A stretch of 20,000 bases of DNA from an uncultured virus (IMG/VR IMGVR_UViG_3300028299_000004) (IMGVR_UViG_3300028299_000004), one strand, 5' to 3'. Shown: positions 1 through 10,131, numbered from the stretch's first letter. The notes: generated by a model not told the origin, from the letters alone. Numbers and translations are program-made.

Positions 1-303
1 ACCGATAGTTTGAGCAGCAATCTTCATAGAAACTGGTAAAAGGTTCTGAGCTACATCACCTGATCCAACCGCACCACTACCTGTACCCCATATTTGACCT
101 GGGACAGCACCTACTACTGGTGCAGTAACTGGGCCCATACCATTAAGATTATGTAATGTTGAATAAGCTACGTTTTCATTCATTTGATGCATTTCAGCGT
201 ATTCAGCCATCCACTCTCTCTTTGAATCATCAATTACTTGTAGATGTTCTAGAATTGGTCCCCATTTTTTAATTGCTTTTGGTTTGTCTATTAAAAAGTT
301 CAT
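1..303 (-). CDS. Major capsid protein (T4 gp23-like), 5' part; runs off the window start
   Basis: Not in the ORF track. Manual translation from ATG at 303: MNFLIDKPKAIKKWGPILEHLQVIDDSKREWMAEYAEMHQMNENVAYSTLHNLNGMGPVTAPVVGAVPGQIWGTGSGAVGSGDVAQNLLPVSMKIAAQTIG. The KKWxPILE N-terminus and GSGD..LLP.SM.IAAQTIG are typical of gp23-like capsids, and the gene lies directly downstream of the prohead protease. Confidence 0.9.
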   Translation of the reverse strand, partial: MNFLIDKPKAIKKWGPILEHLQVIDDSKREWMAEYAEMHQMNENVAYSTLHNLNGMGPVTAPVVGAVPGQIWGTGSGAVGSGDVAQNLLPVSMKIAAQTIG

Positions 304-330
304 TTTTAGTTAATTTTTTTTTTGAATCTT

Positions 331-368
331 TATATATTCAGTTTAAAAACTGAATTTTTTCCATTTTT
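331..368 (-). promoter_or_regulatory. Putative late promoter of capsid gene, AAAAATGGAAAAAA-N18-TATATA
   Basis: The same two blocks with the same 18-nt spacing occur upstream of the protease gene (2747-2784). Confidence 0.6.
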
Positions 369-2721
369 ATAGATTTTTGAGTCTATTCATATATTTCTCT
401 AGTTGCTGTTCATTCAACTTCTGATTATCATAAATCATAGTCTCCTTTAACAGTTTTTTGCCTGGTTCAACTTTTGAATATTTTTCAAGACCTTTTGATC
501 TCCAGAAACTTTCCATATTAGATTCTGATAGATTTGAATAAAACGAAGCACTGTTTACAATGCTTTGTCTATTTTTGTTGTCTAAACTTTCCCAAATTGG
601 TTTTAAATCAGTTGGTAGGTTTTCAACAAGTTTTTCCTCAAAGGTTTTTTCTGGTTTTGAAAGAGCTTTTTCCATAAGTCTTAGTACATCAGATTCGGAT
701 GTGTAACCATTACTTTCGTTTATTGTGTAAATTACGGTTTCCTTATCTTCTGGACTTAGATTATACCAAGAAGCTTTTCTTTTTTCAGTTAAAAACATTA
801 AGAAATGTGGTTCATTTTCTTCAGAAGCTTTACGTTTTTTAGATTCCTTTATAAACCTTTTTATATTCTCTTGTAAAGAGTTTTCATTTTCTAGTAATTT
901 TCCATCTCCAAGTGGAGTGACTCTAGATTCTTGAATTTCTTGAACTTCTCCAGAATCTGATAGTTTAATGACTACTATGCCGTTTTCATCGTTAACCGCT
1001 AAAACTTCACCAGTTTCGTCATCATCAATTTTTACTACCATTCCAGGAGCTATTCCAGTTTCACCTTCATCATCTAGTTCTTCGCCTTGAATATCATCAT
1101 CATCATCAAATTCTTCTTGACCTTGAATCTGATCTTGAACTTGACCTTGAATCTGTCCTTGAGCTTGACCTTGAATTTGGATATTTTCTTGACCTTGAAT
1201 ATCATCATCATCCTCTTCGTCAATATCAATTTCTTCATCACCTTCAAAATCTTCATCATCATTATAATATTTTGACATATCACCATCTGGTGAGAAATCT
1301 AATTCATCATCACCCATTGATTCGTTTAATTTTCCAGTTTTACTATCAATTAATTTGTCAAGGCTTTCAGCGAGATAATTTCCGTAAGCGATATTATCGG
1401 ATACATTTTCAGCGATATACTCAGAATATTTGATATTGTTATCAACGTGTTCAGCGATATACTCAGAATATTTGATATTGTTATCAACGTGTTCAGCGAT
1501 ATACTCAGAATATTTGATATTGTTATCAAGATTTTCAGCGACGTATTCAGCGTAAACAATACTTTTGTCAAGATTTTCAGCGATGTATTGTGAGTAGTCA
1601 ATTGTTTTGTCTAGATTTTCAGCAACATACTGTGAATAATCTATAGACTTTTCTAGATTTTCAGCTAGATATTCTGAGTATTTAATGTTTTTGTCAACAT
1701 TTTCAGCGATATATTCTGTAAAATCAATACTCTTATCTAATGTTTCAGCTATATATTCGGTATATTCAATACCTTTGTCAATATTTTCAGCTAGGTAATC
1801 AGAGAAGTTAATTGATTTTTCAAGATTTTCAGCTAAATAATCATTGTGTTCAATGATTTTGTTAGTCTTCTTTTCTAACGTTTTTTCTTTGTCAACTAAA
1901 ATTTGAACATTCTCAGCCATGTAATCTAAATATTCAGTCATCTTCTTGAATCCTTCAAATAGGGATTCATATTTTTCTTCAAGTTTCAACAACTCTTTTG
2001 GATCGTATTTACCTGAACCGAGATGACCTTTAATTGATTTCTTTGTTTCTTCAATTTGTTCAGTTAGGTAATTTGAATACTCGACCATTTGTTGTTTTGT
2101 TACAAAATCGTTTTTATTCATATCGAATAATTCATTAATTTTTGACTCATCGGATATATCATATATCCTAAAGTTTGCATTTTCATTGAATCCAAAGGAT
2201 TCATTCAAAGATTTAACTTCCATTCGAGCTGAACTAAAACCAGGATCAGCGACAGCGTCGTATGTGAAAAGTTTTTTGATAGTTACAGTACCGTTAGATT
2301 CTGTAACTCCAGCAGCTCTTGATGAAACAAAAATTGGACAATCATCATCTACTAATGCTTTCGCTTCACGACCAAAGTGAGTACTTAATAATTTTATAGT
2401 ACCCTCAATAGAATTCTTTTCTTTTGAAAATTGAATTGATTCAATCGTGTGTGATACTCTAGTTAATGAAGTATCAAAAACATCGGGGTGATCAAATTCA
2501 CCGTAGATGGCTCCCAAATTTTTCTTTCGTTCAATAAGCTCAGTAAGATGTGGCAAAAATTTATCAGCCGTATAAATTCTTTCATTTCTATTCATAACAT
2601 CAAATTCAGTAAAAATACCACCTAGTATATACTGTTTTTTCGAGTCAGGAATTGTAATGTTGGTTTCGTTTAATTTTTGTAACCCCTTTGTGCTATGTTC
2701 TACTATTAATACATTTTTCAT
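367..2721 (-). CDS. Prohead protease (gp21-like) fused to a gp22-like scaffold/core region
   Basis: N-terminal NRNERIY, GEFDHP (catalytic His), VSSRAAG (catalytic Ser) and TYDAVADPGFSSA match gp21-type protease motifs. These are followed by coiled coil with EYLDYMAE, 14-aa repeats, an acidic/QG linker and a C-terminal domain. Lies immediately upstream of the capsid gene. Confidence 0.9.
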   Translation of the reverse strand: MKNVLIVEHSTKGLQKLNETNITIPDSKKQYILGGIFTEFDVMNRNERIYTADKFLPHLTELIERKKNLGAIYGEFDHPDVFDTSLTRVSHTIESIQFSKEKNSIEGTIKLLSTHFGREAKALVDDDCPIFVSSRAAGVTESNGTVTIKKLFTYDAVADPGFSSARMEVKSLNESFGFNENANFRIYDISDESKINELFDMNKNDFVTKQQMVEYSNYLTEQIEETKKSIKGHLGSGKYDPKELLKLEEKYESLFEGFKKMTEYLDYMAENVQILVDKEKTLEKKTNKIIEHNDYLAENLEKSINFSDYLAENIDKGIEYTEYIAETLDKSIDFTEYIAENVDKNIKYSEYLAENLEKSIDYSQYVAENLDKTIDYSQYIAENLDKSIVYAEYVAENLDNNIKYSEYIAEHVDNNIKYSEYIAEHVDNNIKYSEYIAENVSDNIAYGNYLAESLDKLIDSKTGKLNESMGDDELDFSPDGDMSKYYNDDEDFEGDEEIDIDEEDDDDIQGQENIQIQGQAQGQIQGQVQDQIQGQEEFDDDDDIQGEELDDEGETGIAPGMVVKIDDDETGEVLAVNDENGIVVIKLSDSGEVQEIQESRVTPLGDGKLLENENSLQENIKRFIKESKKRKASEENEPHFLMFLTEKRKASWYNLSPEDKETVIYTINESNGYTSESDVLRLMEKALSKPEKTFEEKLVENLPTDLKPIWESLDNKNRQSIVNSASFYSNLSESNMESFWRSKGLEKYSKVEPGKKLLKETMIYDNQKLNEQQLEKYMNRLKNL
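1345..1848 (-). repeat. 12 tandem 42-nt (14-aa) repeats, consensus YSEYIAENLDKxIx, within the protease/scaffold gene
   Basis: HNDYLAENLEKSIN through YGNYLAESLDKLID spans 504 nt = 12 x 42. Three copies at 1408-1529 are essentially identical at DNA level. Confidence 0.95.
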
Positions 2722-2746
2722 ATTGGAGCTTTTCTTATTTTATTTC

Positions 2747-2784
2747 TATATATAAAGTCAAAAATGTGTGTTTTTTCCATTTTT
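2747..2784 (-). promoter_or_regulatory. Putative late promoter of protease gene, AAAAATGGAAAAAA-N18-TATATA
   Basis: Matches the 331-368 element in both blocks and in spacing; TATATA is 25 nt from the ATG. Confidence 0.6.
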
Positions 2785-2790
2785 AAATAT

Positions 2791-2846
2791 GTTTTTTATA
2801 TTTTATAATATTTTATTTATCAAATGTTTAATAAAATATAAAAAAC
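2791..2846. repeat. 16-bp perfect inverted repeat with 24-nt spacer
   Basis: gttttttatattttat (2791-2806) and ataaaatataaaaaac (2831-2846) lie in a divergent intergenic region; the sequence is low complexity. Confidence 0.5.
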
Positions 2847-2891
2847 CATTTACAGAATTTAATATATAAGAACAAAAGTAAAATATGATAT

Positions 2892-4442
2892 ATGATACAA
2901 TTGCCTATAAAAAATATGAAAGGAATAACAGAATTTAAACTGAAAAAAGAAAATTTAGAATTTTTCAATAAAATATTTGATAAAATTAAAATAGATAATA
3001 TTTCGTTGTCTGAGAGAATATGGCTTTATCAAAATAAATTAATAGAACCACCATTTTGTCCAAACTGTGGTATAAATAAATTAAAATTTAAAAAATTTTA
3101 TATCGGATATTATAAATATTGTTCAAAGAAATGTGCTGCTGAATATACACATAAGGATATATGTATAAAGAATAAAAGAATAAAAAAATTATTAGAATGT
3201 AATAATGATGCCACAATAAGAAAAAATATGACATTGAAATCAATAGAAACAAAAAATAATTTTTCAATTGAAAAAAAGAAAAGAATAAATGAAAAAAGAA
3301 GAAAAACGAATATTGATAGATATGGTGTTGATATAATTTCAAAAAATTATGATATAAAACAAAAAATAAAAAATTCTAATATAATCACTAAGAAAAATAA
3401 CAAGGAATCAAACTTTAGAAATAAAATAAAAAAATATGGATTTGAATTAATTTCTATGAATAATGACGATATAACAGTTAAAAATCAAAAATGTAATCAT
3501 AAATTTGATATCCATATTTCACTTTTTAACCAAAGAAATAGACTTGGTATAACAATTTGCACGATATGTAATCCAATAAATGGAGTATCTGATTTTGAGA
3601 ATAAAATAAAAGAGTTTATAAAATCAATATATGATGATGAAATTATTTGTAATAAAAGATTTGGCAAATATGAAGTTGATATATTACTACCAAATATTAA
3701 TTTGGGATTTGAATGTAATGGATTATGGTGGCACTCAGAGGTATATAGGGAAAATCAATATCATATAAATAAGTATAATTTTTTCAAAGAAAAAAATATA
3801 AAAATTATCAATATATGGGAAGATTGGTGGATATATAAAAACGATATTGTTAAATCTATGATATTAGATAAGTTGGGACAAGTACCAACTATAATATATG
3901 GAAGAAAATGTGAAATAAAAGAAATAACTGATAATAAATTAGTTAGAGAATTTTTAGAAAAAAATCATATTCAGGGATTCATTAATTCATCAATAAAATT
4001 GGGTCTTTTTTATAATGAAGAGTTAGTTAGTTTAATGATATTCGGAAAAAGAAGAATTAAGAAAAACACAAAAGAAAGTGAATATGAATTATTGAGATTT
4101 TGTAGTAAACTGAATACAAATATTATAAGAGCTGCTGACAAGTTATTTAAATACTTTGTAAAGAATTATAAACCTGTTATGATTACAACATACATAGACC
4201 AGTCATGGAGCACAGGAGACTTGTATGAAAAATTAGGATTTAAGTTTAATTGTGTAACACATCCAAATTATTATTATTTTCATAAAGATGAAAGAATCAG
4301 ATTTAATAAATTTAATTTCAGAAAAGATATTTTGGTTAAAGATGGATATGATTCAAACAAAACAGAACACCAAATAATGACAGAAAGAAATTTTTACAGA
4401 ATATATGACTGTGGAAATTTAAATTATATTTTTACAATTTAA
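2892..4442 (+). CDS. Free-standing Hef-like homing endonuclease (Zn ribbon + DUF559/Vsr-like nuclease + GNAT-like C-terminal domain)
   Basis: CPNCG..YCSKKC zinc motif, KTNIDRYGVD module, EVDILLP..NLGFECNGLWWH..IWED nuclease motif, then RKCEIKEI..FLEKNHIQG..YELLRFCSKLN..LYEKLGF..RIYDCG. Opposite strand to the flanking structural genes, with TTTAATATATA at 2858-2868. Confidence 0.75.
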   Translation: MIQLPIKNMKGITEFKLKKENLEFFNKIFDKIKIDNISLSERIWLYQNKLIEPPFCPNCGINKLKFKKFYIGYYKYCSKKCAAEYTHKDICIKNKRIKKLLECNNDATIRKNMTLKSIETKNNFSIEKKKRINEKRRKTNIDRYGVDIISKNYDIKQKIKNSNIITKKNNKESNFRNKIKKYGFELISMNNDDITVKNQKCNHKFDIHISLFNQRNRLGITICTICNPINGVSDFENKIKEFIKSIYDDEIICNKRFGKYEVDILLPNINLGFECNGLWWHSEVYRENQYHINKYNFFKEKNIKIINIWEDWWIYKNDIVKSMILDKLGQVPTIIYGRKCEIKEITDNKLVREFLEKNHIQGFINSSIKLGLFYNEELVSLMIFGKRRIKKNTKESEYELLRFCSKLNTNIIRAADKLFKYFVKNYKPVMITTYIDQSWSTGDLYEKLGFKFNCVTHPNYYYFHKDERIRFNKFNFRKDILVKDGYDSNKTEHQIMTERNFYRIYDCGNLNYIFTI

Positions 4443-4449
4443 TCAATTT

Positions 4450-4710
4450 TTAATTACTATATCTATTGTAATATTTAGATACAGTATAATTATATAGATT
4501 TCTTACAGGTAGTACACTTTCAATAGTCCATATGAATAATCCTTTCATATAAGTGGTTAAGAATGTGTACATAAAATTATTTCTAAATATGTATTTAGAA
4601 AAAGATTTTCTTATAAAATTTGTTTCATAATCATAATGAGTATGAATCTCATTATCATTTCTATGTTTTAAATCATATAATTCTTTTATTTGTGATTCTC
4701 TTTCTATCAT
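4450..4710 (-). CDS. Hypothetical protein (86 aa), downstream of baseplate wedge gene
   Basis: ORF with A-rich leader, co-oriented 26 nt after the gp6-like gene. Confidence 0.65.
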   Translation of the reverse strand: MIERESQIKELYDLKHRNDNEIHTHYDYETNFIRKSFSKYIFRNNFMYTFLTTYMKGLFIWTIESVLPVRNLYNYTVSKYYNRYSN

Positions 4711-4736
4711 TTTATTTTATTAGTTTTTAAGTTGTT

Positions 4737-6707
4737 TTACAAAACACTCATTTGTGATTTTGTATTAACAGATTTTTGTGTTTTAATTTCACTTCTTAAT
4801 TTTGTTGTTGTTGTTGGTTTTATTTTTGGATTTTCATTATTTTTAATTTCATAATTAGCGTAATTATTTCCAGTCCATATTATGTTAACAGAACTTAATC
4901 CATTTATTGTTGTTACATCATTATAATAAACCCCATTACGATCATACCACCCGCCTCTAAGAACAGGTAATTCATCTTGTTCAACTACTATATCACCTTG
5001 TACTGGATCTATACCAAGAACAGCGTCTGGATTGTATTGAGTTTTTTTATATATTTTTTTATTTTTTATTGTAACAACTTCGTCCTCTAAAACATTATAA
5101 TTTTTCAAATCATTTGTTTTTGATCCCTCTCTGTGATAATCCTCATTCTTTTTACAAACAAATTCTATGTTGATACTATCAATCGCGGATATTTGGTTTT
5201 TCACGGTTCTTATTAAATCAGATTTAATTACTCTATCAAATCTTTCATTATCAATAAAATAATCAGATATTACCTCAATAACATTGTTTCTAACATTATC
5301 CTTAACATCACTACTGAATTTTCTTATATAGACATTTATAACATATAACGATATTTTTGGTTGTATTATTATAACATTAGAGGTTATTCCAATAGTTCCC
5401 ATTTTTTTCAGATAATTCATAATTTTTTCTTTTTCTTGGTCATCAAGATAGAAAACATCAAAAGGAACATTAAAATAATTATATTCACCAATAAAATAAT
5501 TTTTAATTTTTGGTATCAAATATATGTAAATCTGATTATCATATATTGTTGGAAAATATTTTACCATTTTATCTCTAACTTTATCAACATCAATATTATT
5601 TCCGAATGTTTCTATTATAAATTTTTCAATATATTTATTATTACTGAAATTATTTTCATCCAATATATTGTACGCGTTTACTTTTGAAAACATATTCAAT
5701 CTTTTTAAATGATATATAAATTGTTCAGGAGCAGCGAGAACAAAATTTCTAGACACATATGGTAAAACAGATTTCATATATTCTACACTTTCTCCATCCG
5801 ATCCAAAGTTTATATCATCATGAATATAAATATCAAATAGTTTGTCAATATTCAATATATTTCCTTCGGAGTCTAATATATTATCCTCAAATGAAAAATC
5901 ATTGATGACATTTGTTAATATATTTCCATCAGATCCGTCTGTTACCAAATATGAAACTTCTATAATAGATCCGATATCAGGAATAAATCCAAAATTTCCT
6001 GTTCCAAAATAAACATCTAATCCACCATCAAATCCTGTTCTTGTGTAACAAGCGTATTCGTTTGGTAACATATCATACATTCCATCAACTATTTTTAATG
6101 AAATACCATTATAATAAACAGAGAATGAGAAATTATCAATGATTTGATCTCTATTTACAACTACCGCGATTGATTGATTTTTTTTACCATCACCGGTATA
6201 TTGTTGTGATTCGTATTCTCCTTGTTTTACATTAAAAAATAAATCTGAATTTGGACTAACATCATATACATTTTTTATAGAATCTCCAGTATTTATTGTA
6301 TAGAATAAATTATTTGATTTATTTTTCATTTTTGTGTGATTCATAACAACTATTTTACCACCTTTTATATCTTCGGTTAAACTTATACCAACTTTCAATT
6401 TCATTCTTATTGTACCAATCGCGGAAATAGAACGACTTGGATTATGACCACTTATTCTAACCGCGTTTTTTATTATACGAGGATTTGTTGATGAGTGAAC
6501 ATCATTTTGTTTTATCGCGTTTTTAATGTATATGAGTTGATTACTGAATAAAATCTTTTGGATATGCATTATCATTCCACTTGGTGACATATGAGTAAAA
6601 ACTTTATCAGATTTTTGATAAGTTTCTTTTAACCATCTTTCCAATTGAGCTGTTAAATTATCATATGTTATTTCTATAAAATCGTAAAATTTATTATTTA
6701 TCGCCAT
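4737..6707 (-). CDS. Baseplate wedge subunit (T4 gp6-like)
   Basis: Size 656 aa; A.R+SGHNPSRSISA.G, VKQG, LDVYFGTGNFG.IP, IEVSYLVTDG..GN and GSDGESVE..K..P motifs are characteristic of the gp6/baseplate J family. TTTAATATATA upstream (6730-6740). Confidence 0.8.
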   Translation of the reverse strand: MAINNKFYDFIEITYDNLTAQLERWLKETYQKSDKVFTHMSPSGMIMHIQKILFSNQLIYIKNAIKQNDVHSSTNPRIIKNAVRISGHNPSRSISAIGTIRMKLKVGISLTEDIKGGKIVVMNHTKMKNKSNNLFYTINTGDSIKNVYDVSPNSDLFFNVKQGEYESQQYTGDGKKNQSIAVVVNRDQIIDNFSFSVYYNGISLKIVDGMYDMLPNEYACYTRTGFDGGLDVYFGTGNFGFIPDIGSIIEVSYLVTDGSDGNILTNVINDFSFEDNILDSEGNILNIDKLFDIYIHDDINFGSDGESVEYMKSVLPYVSRNFVLAAPEQFIYHLKRLNMFSKVNAYNILDENNFSNNKYIEKFIIETFGNNIDVDKVRDKMVKYFPTIYDNQIYIYLIPKIKNYFIGEYNYFNVPFDVFYLDDQEKEKIMNYLKKMGTIGITSNVIIIQPKISLYVINVYIRKFSSDVKDNVRNNVIEVISDYFIDNERFDRVIKSDLIRTVKNQISAIDSINIEFVCKKNEDYHREGSKTNDLKNYNVLEDEVVTIKNKKIYKKTQYNPDAVLGIDPVQGDIVVEQDELPVLRGGWYDRNGVYYNDVTTINGLSSVNIIWTGNNYANYEIKNNENPKIKPTTTTKLRSEIKTQKSVNTKSQMSVL

Positions 6708-6741
6708 TTAAGGTGTTTGTATTTTTTGGTATATATTAAAA

Positions 6742-7401
6742 TTATATATATTTCGTTTTTATTGTTTCTCCAATAATCTCTATCAAATTATTTAGGTCTG
6801 ATTTTTCAACAGTTACAGTTTCATCATAAATTTTAAAATCAAATCTATAATTAGATTTTTCTAATTTCTTTATTGTTAATTTAATATCAAATTGATTATT
6901 TAAATTAATTACAAAACTGAAAAATAATGATTTACATGGAATAATATTATATCTTTCATCCATTTTAACATTAAAAATAGATAAGTTTTTAATATTGTTT
7001 TTGTAAAACCAATTATTAATAAGAGTACTAGGTGATTTAATAAATTCTGATAATGTTTTTATATTATCACCGAATTTATTATTAGATATAATATCTTTTA
7101 TCTTTGATTCTAAATCATTGATAGTGTCAAAATAATAAACATTATAATTACAATTTATATCAAATAGATATTTAAATTCAAATCCATTATCAGATTCTGT
7201 TAAATAAACTTTATCATTATCAACATTGAATAATAATTTTGTGTAAATAACATTTGTTTTATTATAAAACAGATTTTTTATATCTATAACTAACCTATAC
7301 CCACTATCAATTTTCTCATAAACGGTGTCAACAGACTGAACATTTGAATCGTTAAATATATTTTTTATAGATTTATCCAATTCCTGTATACTTAAACTCA
7401 T
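6742..7401 (-). CDS. Hypothetical protein (219 aa)
   Basis: Long ORF co-oriented within the structural cluster; no motif recognised. Confidence 0.75.
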   Translation of the reverse strand: MSLSIQELDKSIKNIFNDSNVQSVDTVYEKIDSGYRLVIDIKNLFYNKTNVIYTKLLFNVDNDKVYLTESDNGFEFKYLFDINCNYNVYYFDTINDLESKIKDIISNNKFGDNIKTLSEFIKSPSTLINNWFYKNNIKNLSIFNVKMDERYNIIPCKSLFFSFVINLNNQFDIKLTIKKLEKSNYRFDFKIYDETVTVEKSDLNNLIEIIGETIKTKYI

Positions 7402-7410
7402 ATTACAATA

Positions 7411-10131
7411 TTATTTTTTAATATAATCACTAGATAGAAATTCTCTGATAACCAAATATCTATGATTTATATCAGATGTATTTGATGAATTTATTCTAAG
7501 TACAGATATTTTAGCACCTTTATAATAGAATATCCTAGGTCTACCTTCTAGATTATAACTAGTATTTAATGTGTTAAAATCTATATCAATTTGAATACCA
7601 GTTTTTCCAGTAATATAATACATTCCAGATTTATCTAAAATAGTTCCACCTGTTGTTCCCATGTAGAAATTATCAATATATACCCAATCATCTTCTTCAA
7701 ATATATCTTCATTTACAACTATTCGTGTTGTTGATCCAGTTATCATACTATCTATGTATGTTTCCATTTCATAGTTAGCTGAATTATTGAATGTTGAACC
7801 AGTTGGATTAGAACTATTATAAATAGATACATCAATTGGTAAATCAATTGGTCCATAAAGGAGTTTTTCTTTTCTACCAATACCAGTGCCATCATCAAAC
7901 ATCACATTTATCTGAATATCATTTAGATTTAATGCGATATCAGCACGGATTAAGAAATCCATAGATTGTTTAAACACTAGATCACGGTCAATAACCAATC
8001 CTAATGTCGCACTAGAATAGTCTGTAATTAGGTTACTGTATATGTTAACAAATGTTCTACCTTGATTTGGAACAACAATTGGATATGATATACCTCTTCT
8101 TATATTTCCAACATATGGTTCAATAGATGGATATACTAAATCATACGCGAGACTAGATGATGTAACACTAGTTGTTTGATGTAAAATATTATAATCCATT
8201 ATTTCCTCTGTTGTTACATTATAAATTTCATCATATTGTACAAATTTTGTATTAAATTTCAAAGCTGGATAATTTTTTGTATAATCCACTTCAATATCAA
8301 TTGTATCCGAATTTACAAATTGATTCGTTTGATAAAGTTTTATGAGTTCTTCTTGATTTTTTAATTTCGCTTTTATTTCATCAATATCAGTTTGTGAATA
8401 TATTAAACTCTGCATATCTAACAACTCTTTATTCATTCTAACAAATTCATCAATTATTGTCATAAAATTTTGATTCAATTTACCATAATTCGCCAATACA
8501 TTATTATACAAATCAAATCCAAATAAATTATACACAGATGTTGGATCATATCTAAGTGGTAACATATCGTTATCAACTTTAAAATCTAAATTAAGATTAA
8601 AAATATATGATAACCCATCTTGGTTTACATTAGTAACTAATTTTCTAGTTGTGGTAATTAATCTATCATCATCTAATCCAAAATCATCATCTGGATTATT
8701 TAGAAATTCTATACCATATAGATTTGTTGTAATTATTCCACTACCGTCATCTAATTCATAATACCAAAGTATCGCGTTAAATTCAAAATCCACTGGTGGA
8801 GTTTCATCCAAGACCATCGCGTTAAATTCATCAAAGTTTTTAACTGTTGAGTTAGGTAAATTCATCTTTAGATAATGTTTTTTATCAAAATCTAAAGAAG
8901 TTCCATCAATACTATCAGAGTTGAATTCAGTTAATCTCTCAACATAAGTATCATTTGCGAGATCATCGTTGTATGTTCTTATTATACCATAATATTGACC
9001 ATTTAATCTAATTGGGTCACCAGATGATGTTGTATATGTTTTATCATATGTGTCAAAGTACCCAAAATATGACCCTGGATATTCACTTGGATTTGTTCTT
9101 ATTGGTGAACTCAGATATTCCGCACCTTTTATTTCATGCTGAATTTCTTCCGCGAGTATTGGAAGTTCTAATCCTGGGTAATAATTTGAATCATTTTCAA
9201 TATCCCATAATACGGTTGGTGTTTGACCAGCGTGTGGTGGAATCATAGCTGTAAATTCTGTAAAGTTATTTTGTGATGTCTGAACTTTACTAACCGCTTG
9301 TACCTCACCTATATATCTAACTAGTCTATGATAATCTAGTTGACAATAACAATCATATTCTGTTGAATCAACATATGAGTCAACATCCAATGTTAATATA
9401 GTTTCAGTACTAGTAAATGATACACCAGTAATTATATATGTTACACCAGTACTTAATTCTGTTCCTGTATATCCAGAGAAAATATGAATTTTATCACCAA
9501 TTTTGAATTTAGCGATTTCATTTATTGTTATTTCAGGTTCACTAGACCCCTGTGCTAATACACAACCATATGGAATTATCTCTCTTTCTTTCCATAAATA
9601 TTTTCTAAAATAATCTCTATTTGTATATGATGACGCGTTTGGATTATCAAAATCTGGTAGATTTTTATCCCAATCTATTTTATGAACAGCTGGTTCTAAA
9701 TCCAATATATTCATTTTCATACACCATTTCCAGAATAATTTTTCAGCTGGTGTTTCATTTTCCGATGGGTTATAAAAATCTTTTTTTACTGTTATTCTAC
9801 TTTCTCTATAAACAGTATCAGCGTTAGCGACATAATTTCTTAATCCTTCAATCAATTGATCAGAATAATCTGTTGTGTATGTGTTTGGATCAAAATTATA
9901 TAATTCAACCCCAAATGTTTCTGGGTCTGTTGTTTTTCTAAAATCTAAAGTACCAGGATCTGTTTCTGTTCCACCAGTTACACTTCTTGGTATATTTAAT
10001 AATATAAATTTTGATGGGGTGATTTTAAAATTATCTTGAAAATTAGCTAAACTAAAATCTTTTATTGCTGATGGGAACGAATAGAATGAAGTACCCTTAT
10101 TTCTCATCTTTTTGTATAATGGAGTTGCCAT
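7411..10131 (-). CDS. Large putative virion structural protein (906 aa)
   Basis: MATPLYK start, acidic and Thr/Gly/Asn-rich beta-type composition, central coiled coil (IIDEFVRMNKELLDMQ...EIKAKLKNQEELIK), located in the baseplate cluster. Function inferred from context only. Confidence 0.6.
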   Translation of the reverse strand: MATPLYKKMRNKGTSFYSFPSAIKDFSLANFQDNFKITPSKFILLNIPRSVTGGTETDPGTLDFRKTTDPETFGVELYNFDPNTYTTDYSDQLIEGLRNYVANADTVYRESRITVKKDFYNPSENETPAEKLFWKWCMKMNILDLEPAVHKIDWDKNLPDFDNPNASSYTNRDYFRKYLWKEREIIPYGCVLAQGSSEPEITINEIAKFKIGDKIHIFSGYTGTELSTGVTYIITGVSFTSTETILTLDVDSYVDSTEYDCYCQLDYHRLVRYIGEVQAVSKVQTSQNNFTEFTAMIPPHAGQTPTVLWDIENDSNYYPGLELPILAEEIQHEIKGAEYLSSPIRTNPSEYPGSYFGYFDTYDKTYTTSSGDPIRLNGQYYGIIRTYNDDLANDTYVERLTEFNSDSIDGTSLDFDKKHYLKMNLPNSTVKNFDEFNAMVLDETPPVDFEFNAILWYYELDDGSGIITTNLYGIEFLNNPDDDFGLDDDRLITTTRKLVTNVNQDGLSYIFNLNLDFKVDNDMLPLRYDPTSVYNLFGFDLYNNVLANYGKLNQNFMTIIDEFVRMNKELLDMQSLIYSQTDIDEIKAKLKNQEELIKLYQTNQFVNSDTIDIEVDYTKNYPALKFNTKFVQYDEIYNVTTEEIMDYNILHQTTSVTSSSLAYDLVYPSIEPYVGNIRRGISYPIVVPNQGRTFVNIYSNLITDYSSATLGLVIDRDLVFKQSMDFLIRADIALNLNDIQINVMFDDGTGIGRKEKLLYGPIDLPIDVSIYNSSNPTGSTFNNSANYEMETYIDSMITGSTTRIVVNEDIFEEDDWVYIDNFYMGTTGGTILDKSGMYYITGKTGIQIDIDFNTLNTSYNLEGRPRIFYYKGAKISVLRINSSNTSDINHRYLVIREFLSSDYIKK

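Noticed and set aside
1408..1529. Three near-identical 42-nt repeats that could be mistaken for a CRISPR array
   Set aside because: They are contiguous with no unique spacers and are in-frame coding repeats of the scaffold region.
1074..2380. Short alternative-frame and antisense ORFs (1074-1286, 1087-1275, 1350-1601, 2186-2380) and similar shadows elsewhere (3088, 5361, 9012, 9621, 11580, 15028, 15098, 16164, 18778)
   Set aside because: All lie inside longer well-supported genes and reflect repeats or codon bias; none has its own promoter motif or recognisable domain.
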